64,000 nucleotides of DNA from an uncultured Thermodesulfobacteriota bacterium (GTDB lineage Bacteria > Desulfobacterota > Anaeroferrophillalia > Anaeroferrophillales > Tharpellaceae). The notes beneath the pieces were generated by a model that was given only the letters and a program-made list of their open reading frames with translations, searched no databases and was not told the origin of the DNA. The translations under genes were made by a program, and so were the position numbers. How positions within the stretch are numbered: position 1 is the stretch's first letter; each line of letters begins with the position of its first letter. Below are positions 17,866-25,340 of the stretch, one piece after another. The stretch is from the NCBI GenBank assembly GCA_964457755.1, contig CAYWGC010000001.1:128332-192331 (forward strand). The letters run 5' to 3'.

Positions 17866-19382
17866 TGGCTAAATCAATCTCAATCTTCTTTAACAATGTC
17901 AATCTGCAGGTCTACAGCCAGGATGAAGATAGCGGTCATATTGAGTCAGTCCACCTTGGCGACATTTCAACCACAGTCGAAATTAACACCCCTAAAGGTT
18001 CCGAAAAAATCCACCTGATCCCGGCCATGATCTGCTATGGCGATCGCATCTATTGCGGCCAGGAGGTTTTCAGCCATAAAAAATTCAACTCTACTGCGAC
18101 CTTCAAGTACATGAAGCAGTATATGGGCAAAAAACAGTACCTGCCCAGGATTATCAACGACCAGGAGATCAGTACCTTCCAGGCCGCTACTGATCTCCTG
18201 GTCAACATCATCGACCGCATCCATGCGCTCTACGGCAAAGATCAGATAGCAATGATCGTTTTCATTGTCCAGCCCCTTAACTTTTCCGTCTTCGCGGCAA
18301 CCATCGAAGAGTTCTGTCTGCGCATTGGCCTGATTAACTATAAGATTGTTGATGAAACCGTGTGCGCCCTTTTAGCTTACGATCTTGCTACCCAGATAAA
18401 CCAACACCTGGTCTATCTCCATTTCGGCTACACAACCATCGACCTCTATCTGGTCAAGATTGTCGAGAGCACTCGTGAACCCCGGCTCCAGAGCGTAATC
18501 ATCTGCAGTATGCATAAAAACTATGGTGGAGCCGACATCGACCGAGTGATCCAGGTCCATTTCGCCGAAAAAGTCAAATTCAATATGAAAAAGGCCCGTG
18601 AAATCAGAGGTAAACTTAACCTGAACCCCCAGTTTCATGAGACCATTGACGGAGTTGATCTCCATCTTTCACGCGAAGATCTCCATAAAATGCTTGACCA
18701 GAAAGGTTATGGCGATGAGCTGAAAGTTCTTTTACGCGATCTCTTTGACCTGGCGTCCGGTTTTGGGGTCACAAATGACAATGTAGGTTATGTTTTAGGC
18801 AGTGGTTTAAGCTTGCCGACCCACTACTACCATGACATATTGAAAAAATTTTTCGGCCCCAAGCTTCTGAGCAACCACGCCCATGAAGCGATCCCGATAG
18901 GGGCCTTGCGCTACCTTAAAAAAGGCGGAATTCAGGCTACTGTTAAAGCGAACTATGCGCTTCGCAGCCGCACCGCCAAAGGCGATGGCTACCGCTACGA
19001 CATCATCGTTCCCAAAGGCACCACCTTCCCAACCCAGAACGGTATCACCAGTATCGTTGCTAACGGTTTTTTTGCCGGCCAGCTTGAGGTGGAACTCGAT
19101 ATTTTCCGGATGGATCGCCCCGAATCGAGCAATGACCGGGAAATTGTCATTGATGCTGCGGGACACATGCAACTCGAAGAGAACTTAGGCGATACACAAC
19201 AATCTTTTATTAATGAGGCACGCCCGGAGATCATCCCGCTCGACCCCCCGGCCTTGGACAATGAACAACGCTTAGAAATTACGTTTGACATCAGCTTGAA
19301 CTGTGACTTACTGATTACGGTCAAAGACCTGCGCCGCAATCAGACTATCTGGAAAAGAAAAAAATCGGTGCGCCTGCAGTGA
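17865..19382 (+). CDS. Divergent Hsp70/actin-fold (ASKHA) ATPase, Hsp70-like protein (505 aa)
   Basis: Phosphate-2-like LVYLHFGYTTIDLYLV and adenosine-like VLGSGLSLP motifs; Hsp70 nucleotide-binding-domain length (about 380 aa) plus a short C-terminal domain. ATGA overlap with the upstream gene. Confidence 0.55.
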   Translation: MAKSISIFFNNVNLQVYSQDEDSGHIESVHLGDISTTVEINTPKGSEKIHLIPAMICYGDRIYCGQEVFSHKKFNSTATFKYMKQYMGKKQYLPRIINDQEISTFQAATDLLVNIIDRIHALYGKDQIAMIVFIVQPLNFSVFAATIEEFCLRIGLINYKIVDETVCALLAYDLATQINQHLVYLHFGYTTIDLYLVKIVESTREPRLQSVIICSMHKNYGGADIDRVIQVHFAEKVKFNMKKAREIRGKLNLNPQFHETIDGVDLHLSREDLHKMLDQKGYGDELKVLLRDLFDLASGFGVTNDNVGYVLGSGLSLPTHYYHDILKKFFGPKLLSNHAHEAIPIGALRYLKKGGIQATVKANYALRSRTAKGDGYRYDIIVPKGTTFPTQNGITSIVANGFFAGQLEVELDIFRMDRPESSNDREIVIDAAGHMQLEENLGDTQQSFINEARPEIIPLDPPALDNEQRLEITFDISLNCDLLITVKDLRRNQTIWKRKKSVRLQ

Positions 19383-19582
19383 CTGAAAAGCCCAATAAAA
19401 CTACCCCTCCCTCTGCAGCGCCCCTAAAAGAGGAGCTGCAGGTTCATATCCGCATTACAGAAAACGGTGAAATATGTGCCTGGGGCCTGGACCAAAAAGG
19501 CGAAGAGAAAATTTACGGATTGACCGGCAACCTCGATTTAATTAATAGATATAAGGCTATGTCATTTAACTTGTGCGGTTAA
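19379..19582 (+). CDS. Small hypothetical protein (67 aa), GTG start overlapping the stop of the Hsp70-like gene
   Basis: GTGA overlap implies translational coupling; no recognisable domain. Confidence 0.35.
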   Translation: MTEKPNKTTPPSAAPLKEELQVHIRITENGEICAWGLDQKGEEKIYGLTGNLDLINRYKAMSFNLCG

Positions 19583-19773
19583 ATTTGAAGTTTTATTAGA
19601 CTCTTGCCTGTGAAGTTTCACTCAAAACGATCAAAACCTTACTTTCAACTACAGATAGCAGTAGAGTACACAGAGGCTCCAGCAAGAAAGCTTTCGCTGT
19701 AAACCCTGTGGTAATTTTCTAACTTAAAACTTTAGCCTTTTTGGTTCCGGATACACCGGATTAGGAGTCGATA

Positions 19774-21264
19774 ATGACCTTTCTTGATCGCTTCAACACC
19801 ACCATTCGCAGCAACCACTCCCTGATCAACGTGGTAACTTACGAAGAGGACCGCTTTCTGACGATGATGGCTGAATCCCCGCTTTTCAAAGACAAAAACA
19901 TTATTATCTGGGATCTCGGGGATGGCTTTAAATCGATCAAGGGAGAGATGAGCGGCATCAAAAACAAGGATCGTCCCGACCCCATCAACTGCCTGCAGGA
20001 GATTAGTAAATTCAGCGGCAACACCATCTTTATTTTGCGTGATTTCCATCTCCATTTTCGTGAAAGTATTATTCTACGCTCCTTAAGAAACCTTAACCAT
20101 GACTTGCAGTTTACCAAAAAAACCATCATCTTGACCACGCCCAGCGCGACCTTGCCGATAGAGTTACGGGAAGATGTCTGCCAGATCGAGTTGGAACTCC
20201 CTGGCTACTATGAAATTGAAAAAAAGCTCGACAGTGTCGTTGCCAGCGCCGCCCAAGGTAAACCCCCAACCCCCCAACTCAAAGAGAAGATTGTTGAATC
20301 AACCCTCGGGCTCTCAATGGTCAACATTAAGAACCTTTTTTCCAAAATAATCATCACTAACGGAGCCGTTGACGAACGCGCCATAGAAATCATCCTGCAG
20401 GAAAAACGCGGCATTATTAAAAAAGGAGAAATTTTAGAATTTTTCCCGGTTCAAGAGAGCCTTAACGATATCGGCGGCCTCGATAATCTCAAAGGCTGGC
20501 TCCGCAAGCGCAGTCAGGTTTTCACCCACAAAGCCAAAGACTACGGCCTGCCATCACCTAAAGGTATTCTTATTATCGGAATCCAGGGAACCGGCAAGAG
20601 CCTCACCGCTAAAGCGACCGCCGGACTCTGGAAATTACCGTTATTACGGATGGATCTGGGCAAGGTTTTTGGAAGTTTACTGGGTGAATCTGAACAGAAC
20701 CTGCGGCAGGCAATTCACTTGGCCGAAACTATCTCACCCTGCATCTTGTGGATCGATGAACTCGAAAAAGCTTTCGCCGGAAGCTCCGGTTCGGCCGGCG
20801 ACGGCGGCACTTCGGCTCGGATCTTAGGAACCTTTCTCACCTGGATGCAGGAAAAGACTAAACCGGTTTTCATCATAGCTACCGGCAATGATGTCGCCCA
20901 GCTTCCCCCTGAACTGATGCGCAAGGGCCGTTTTGATGAGATTTTTTTTGTTGACCTGCCTTCAACCTCTGAACGACAAGCAATCTTTAAGGTTTTGCTG
21001 GAAAAGGTACGCCCCGTCATCCGGCAGTTCAATCTTGAGAAACTGGCAGATGCCACAACAGACTACAGTGGGGCTGAGATCGAACAGATTATTTACGATG
21101 CTATGTTTAACGCTTTTGACGATAACCAACGCGAATTCACGGAAGCTGACATTCTCTTAAGCGTTAACGAAATTATCCCGATATCACGCTTGATGAGCGA
21201 AAAAATCGATGGACTTAAGGCCTGGGCAGCCCAACGCACCCGTAAAGCTAACAGTGAATCATAA
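19774..21264 (+). CDS. AAA+ ATPase of the Ycf46-like class (N-terminal domain of unknown function plus a classic C-terminal AAA module)
   Basis: Walker A GIQGTGKS; Walker B ILWIDELEKAF; sensor-1 IATGN; arginine finger GRFDEIFFVDLP. 496 aa. GGAG RBS. Confidence 0.8.
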   Translation: MTFLDRFNTTIRSNHSLINVVTYEEDRFLTMMAESPLFKDKNIIIWDLGDGFKSIKGEMSGIKNKDRPDPINCLQEISKFSGNTIFILRDFHLHFRESIILRSLRNLNHDLQFTKKTIILTTPSATLPIELREDVCQIELELPGYYEIEKKLDSVVASAAQGKPPTPQLKEKIVESTLGLSMVNIKNLFSKIIITNGAVDERAIEIILQEKRGIIKKGEILEFFPVQESLNDIGGLDNLKGWLRKRSQVFTHKAKDYGLPSPKGILIIGIQGTGKSLTAKATAGLWKLPLLRMDLGKVFGSLLGESEQNLRQAIHLAETISPCILWIDELEKAFAGSSGSAGDGGTSARILGTFLTWMQEKTKPVFIIATGNDVAQLPPELMRKGRFDEIFFVDLPSTSERQAIFKVLLEKVRPVIRQFNLEKLADATTDYSGAEIEQIIYDAMFNAFDDNQREFTEADILLSVNEIIPISRLMSEKIDGLKAWAAQRTRKANSES

Positions 21265-21297
21265 TTACTTATTAAAACTGCTCAAGGGAGAACAACC

Positions 21298-21675
21298 ATG
21301 TCCCACTTCACCAAGATAAAAAGTAAAATCGCTGATAAGGTTTTTTTAAAAAAAGCGATCAGCGACATGGAGCTAGAGTACCAGGAAGGTAAATTGAAAG
21401 CCAAGGGTTGGCTCTGGAAAAAAGAGAAAGCCGATATTGTCATCCCGACTAAAAGCGGTTTCGATATCGGTTTTCGTTTCAATGGTGAAACCTTTGATGT
21501 AGTCGCCGACTGGGACTCAATCAAGGACGTCGACCAGACAACCTTCATGGATACCCTGAACCAACGCTATGCTTATAATGTTGTCAAAAACACTTTGGCA
21601 CAACAGGGCTTTCTCCTCACCAACGAGGAAGCCGAAGCGGGAAATATAAATATGACATTAAGCCGGAATATTTAA
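21298..21675 (+). CDS. DUF1257 / Ycf35-like protein (125 aa)
   Basis: The N-terminus MSHFTKIKSKI... and the central DIGFRFNGE...FDVVADWD motif resemble Ycf35-family proteins; this is recollection of the family, not a database search. Confidence 0.55.
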   Translation: MSHFTKIKSKIADKVFLKKAISDMELEYQEGKLKAKGWLWKKEKADIVIPTKSGFDIGFRFNGETFDVVADWDSIKDVDQTTFMDTLNQRYAYNVVKNTLAQQGFLLTNEEAEAGNINMTLSRNI

Positions 21676-21692
21676 CAGGAGATCACCAAATC

Positions 21693-21890
21693 ATGGAAAA
21701 AATAGATATTACGATCGGCAAAGATGGCGCCGTAGATCTGCAACTAGCTGGTTTTGAGGGTGGAAAGTGCCTTGAGGTTACCAAAATCCTGGAAACCCTG
21801 CTCGGCAATGAGATCGTTGAACGAAAGATGACCAGCGAATACTACACAACCAAGAATGTTCAGTTGGAAGAAAAACTACCCGGCTCCTGA
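21693..21890 (+). CDS. DUF2997-like small protein (65 aa)
   Basis: MEKIDITIGKDGAVDLQLAGFEGGKCLEVTKILETLLG...TSEYY matches the pattern of DUF2997 proteins, which usually sit next to DUF1257 genes. Confidence 0.5.
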   Translation: MEKIDITIGKDGAVDLQLAGFEGGKCLEVTKILETLLGNEIVERKMTSEYYTTKNVQLEEKLPGS

Positions 21891-21988
21891 AAAAAAGAGT
21901 TGTTTTGAGTAACCCCTAAAAAAGAACATTACTCTTTTTTGAATACACATCTTTTAGCGCTCATAAAAAACAAAAAATCAAAAAAAAC

Positions 21989-22016
21989 TTGACAACCTAA
22001 AATGTTTAGCTATAAT
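21989..22016 (+). promoter_or_regulatory. Near-consensus sigma-70 promoter (TTGACA-16 nt-TATAAT) with an A-rich UP-like tract
   Basis: TTGACA at 21989-21994 and TATAAT at 22011-22016, about 75 nt upstream of the 22094 ORF. Confidence 0.6.
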
Positions 22017-22093
22017 ATATAATGTAATATTTTCCAGCTGATACACTATTTGCCAGCCTAAAAGAGACAGGATCACCCAAGCACTAAATTCAC

Positions 22094-22528
22094 ATGCCTC
22101 CGGAGTGGACAATGACCCCCAGCCAAGCCCGAATTAACAGTTGCAACTACGGCTATCAAGACGACAAATCAACCGACATTTTTGAAATGATCCAGAGTAT
22201 TCCGACCTTGACCAAGATTGGGGCAATCTGCTTAGTTCTAGGCAAATGCTTCGGCATCATGGCAATCCCAGCGGCCTTCATCCCCGCTCTTAATATTTTA
22301 GTCGTACCTTTAATCTTAGTTTGGGGATCTTTTGTTTTCATCGCTATTGCCCTCTGCTCAGTGGATCACTTCAAAAAGAAAAAACTTGAAACTCAAAATG
22401 AGAAAAAAGATATTATAGCATCAATGATTGAAGAGACTCCTGAATTACGAGATCAGATTGTCGATGAATTTGAGCAAGTTGGTATGGGGTCTGCTGTCAT
22501 CGTACCTTTGGCTGTCGGTCAACGTTAA
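22094..22528 (+). CDS. Small membrane protein (two TM helices), hypothetical
   Basis: Hydrophobic segments LTKIGAICLVLGKCFGIMAIPAAF and ILVVPLILVWGSFVFIAIALC; followed by a terminator. Confidence 0.4.
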   Translation: MPPEWTMTPSQARINSCNYGYQDDKSTDIFEMIQSIPTLTKIGAICLVLGKCFGIMAIPAAFIPALNILVVPLILVWGSFVFIAIALCSVDHFKKKKLETQNEKKDIIASMIEETPELRDQIVDEFEQVGMGSAVIVPLAVGQR

Positions 22529-22551
22529 GCCTAAAATTTCAAGACCAGCCG

Positions 22552-22596
22552 ACTTCAAAAAGCACCCCAAATTTATCTGGGGTGCTTTTTTTTTTG
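22552..22596 (+). terminator. Rho-independent terminator
   Basis: AAGCACCCCA / TGGGGTGCTT stem followed by T10. Confidence 0.75.
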
Positions 22597-22903
22597 AAAA
22601 TAACCTACTTATATAAAAAACATACTATAACCTCAGGAGGCAAACATAACAAAAATCCGCTTACCCTGCTTAATCAAAAGACCCACATAAAGGGTGAAAA
22701 CAACCATCAAAGACCAACTCCACACAAAGAAAACCAATTTTTTTTATGGGTTTCCTCTTGTTTTTGGTTGACCAAACAAGTCAATTAATGTAGCTTAATG
22801 AGGCATTTGACACCAAACGCGATCTCATATCAAAAAACCGCACAACTTACGACCAGTATCGCAGGAAAGATCACTGGCAAACTATTAAACAGAGGATTTT
22901 TAG

Positions 22904-24301
22904 ATGGCTGGATTACAATGGCAAAAACTGAAGCTTATGGCCGGGCTGCTATTGGGGTGTTGCTTGCTGACAACATCCGGATTTGCCCTGGAGTTGGGTG
23001 GCGCCGATATCTCAATCAGGAGTACCACCGAATATCGACTGCAATGGTCTGACAGTCCGGCGAATTACATGATTGTCGACGAGGATCAGGACCAGGATAT
23101 TTTTGAAACCCTGGCGATTGATGTTAACTGGCAAGACTTAGGCCTGATCTTCTCTTCGATGGCCACCTACGTTAAAGATCTGGACGGCACCCGCCAAGGC
23201 TCAATCTTCCAGGACTACACTGATAGCCGTGGTAGCCATCGGCAGGATTTTCAATGCTATTACGCTTATCTGGAAAAAACCGGCCTCTTTAGCAACGATC
23301 TCACGGTCAGAGCTGGCCGCCAATATGCCTACGGCGCCGAGACCGTACAGTTTGACGGGGTCTGGGCCCATTACGACCGCCCCCAATGGCTGGGACTGGA
23401 AGTTGAAGCTTTTGGCGGCCTCGCGGTTCAGCACTACAGTGACCTTGGACCGGATGGCATTGGCGGAGCAAATGTTAGGATTCGCCCGCTGCCGGGCCTC
23501 TCTCTTGATTTAAATACTGTGATTTTTGAAGAGACCTCATGGGAGTCCTCAATCTACTGGCAGCCTTCTGAACTCTGGAAATTTCGCAGCCGCATCGCCT
23601 TCATTAATGATCATACTCGTTTTTTCGACAGCGGCCTTGAAACCACTATCGCGGCAACCGGCACTGTCCTCGATTTCTCCTTCTATCGGCGTTTCGCCAT
23701 CTCTTCAGAGGCCGACTTCCTTTTCGACTTCAGTTATACCCTCGATGAAGCTTTAAACTCGGAGATGAATCGCCTCTATCTGATGCAAGAACAGGGTTAT
23801 CTCGAATTTGATGTCCGCATCAGCCAACCGATCTCTATTGTCAAAGGACTTACCCTCTTCGGTCGCTACACCAATCGCAGTCTCGCTCATGGCGAGGATG
23901 AAAACCTCTACAACACCGATTTTGAAAGGGTAACCACCGGTTTTGACCTTGATCAGTGCTTTGGTTGGCAGGGTTTTCGCTGTAGTGCCGGATTCAGCCA
24001 ATGGTGGGAGGATCGAGATCAGTTTTACGAAGGGGAGTCAACCTCCTGGTTTGTCGATCTCGAACAGGAGTTATTCCACAGGCTTGAACTTGAAGCTGGC
24101 TACTACCATAAAACCGAGAATGTCAACAGCCTCCTCGAAGATGAGGCCTCAACCAGCTACCGGGCGGCGATCGCCTATCGACTTTGCGACCACTCGCGCG
24201 TCGAGATCTCTTATGAATACGCGCAAGATGATTTCTACGAAGATGAGCTGGGAGTTGACTACATTAACTCTCTAACTATCTCACTTGATCTTAATTTCTA
24301 A
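22904..24301 (+). CDS. Outer-membrane beta-barrel protein (465 aa), putative porin of a porin-cytochrome complex
   Basis: Signal peptide; beta-strand periodicity; C-terminal ...ISLDLNF; directly upstream of two multiheme cytochrome genes. Confidence 0.6.
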   Translation: MAGLQWQKLKLMAGLLLGCCLLTTSGFALELGGADISIRSTTEYRLQWSDSPANYMIVDEDQDQDIFETLAIDVNWQDLGLIFSSMATYVKDLDGTRQGSIFQDYTDSRGSHRQDFQCYYAYLEKTGLFSNDLTVRAGRQYAYGAETVQFDGVWAHYDRPQWLGLEVEAFGGLAVQHYSDLGPDGIGGANVRIRPLPGLSLDLNTVIFEETSWESSIYWQPSELWKFRSRIAFINDHTRFFDSGLETTIAATGTVLDFSFYRRFAISSEADFLFDFSYTLDEALNSEMNRLYLMQEQGYLEFDVRISQPISIVKGLTLFGRYTNRSLAHGEDENLYNTDFERVTTGFDLDQCFGWQGFRCSAGFSQWWEDRDQFYEGESTSWFVDLEQELFHRLELEAGYYHKTENVNSLLEDEASTSYRAAIAYRLCDHSRVEISYEYAQDDFYEDELGVDYINSLTISLDLNF

Positions 24302-24353
24302 AGTAACAAGGTCTCTCAAAATCATTAACAATTATATTATACAGGCAATTTCT

Positions 24354-25253
24354 ATGAGTATGCATAAGAGAAAATTATTCTGGGTTGGGCTTATGGCAAT
24401 CGCCCTTGGTGCCCTGGTTCTGGGAGCCTGCAAATCTTCGGTAGGCCTCAAATTCAGCCACCGCTCCCACATTGTCGAACAGGAAGCCACCTGTGACCAA
24501 TGCCACAAAAAAGATGCCAACGGCAATCTGGCTGCCGCCACTATGGCTGACTGCCAGGAGTGCCACGAGATCAATGTCAACGAGCCCTCTAAGGAGTGTC
24601 TTCTCTGCCATACACCGGAAAGTGCGGCCAAGGATTACGAGATCGAGAGAGCTGGAAAACCGGCAAATTACACTGACCTGATTTTCAGTCATAAGACTCA
24701 TACAGACCTTGCCTGCGACTCCTGCCACACCTCCATGGGCCAGAATTACAACCTTAAAAACGGTCCCTTTATGGTCGTTTGCCTCAACTGCCATAAGAAT
24801 CAGGGCGCTCCCATGGAGTGCGAAGCCTGCCACACTGTCTTAAGAGCTGATCAAGCTCCGGCAAGCCATCATCAAGACTGGGAAGCCAAACATGGCTTTG
24901 CCAGCCGTTTATCGGACTCCTGCTCCTACTGCCACCCGAACCGTCAGGCTTTTTGCGAAAAGTGCCACCAGACCGAAAAACCAAAAGATCACAAGTTTGG
25001 CTGGAAAACCACCGGCCACGGGGTTGAAGCGACCCATGATCGCCGCACCTGCGCCACCTGTCACTCGGCCGGCTACTGTGTCGATTGCCACAAACACCAG
25101 AAACCGGTCTCCCACTTTCGCGGCGACTGGATGGCCTATCAACGTGACAACGGTCACGGCGAGGCGGCCCGACGTAATTTCCGCAGCTGCAACGTCTGTC
25201 ATGAGACGGGTGAGTGTATGCAGTGTCATAAAGGTATAATTTTAAGGAAATAA
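24354..25253 (+). CDS. Dodecaheme c-type cytochrome, lipoprotein (12 CxxCH in about 300 aa)
   Basis: Lipobox LVLGAC after MSMHKRKLFWVGLMAIALGA. Twelve CxxCH motifs: CDQCH, CQECH, CLLCH, CDSCH, CLNCH, CEACH, CSYCH, CEKCH, CATCH, CVDCH, CNVCH, CMQCH. Confidence 0.85.
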   Translation: MSMHKRKLFWVGLMAIALGALVLGACKSSVGLKFSHRSHIVEQEATCDQCHKKDANGNLAAATMADCQECHEINVNEPSKECLLCHTPESAAKDYEIERAGKPANYTDLIFSHKTHTDLACDSCHTSMGQNYNLKNGPFMVVCLNCHKNQGAPMECEACHTVLRADQAPASHHQDWEAKHGFASRLSDSCSYCHPNRQAFCEKCHQTEKPKDHKFGWKTTGHGVEATHDRRTCATCHSAGYCVDCHKHQKPVSHFRGDWMAYQRDNGHGEAARRNFRSCNVCHETGECMQCHKGIILRK

Positions 25254-25340
25254 TATTTTCGCTGCAATGAGTTTTGTTTTTTATAAATTAAAATATTCTT
25301 TTTACCCTCACAATATTTTTCAACCCTTGGAGGTAGCTCG

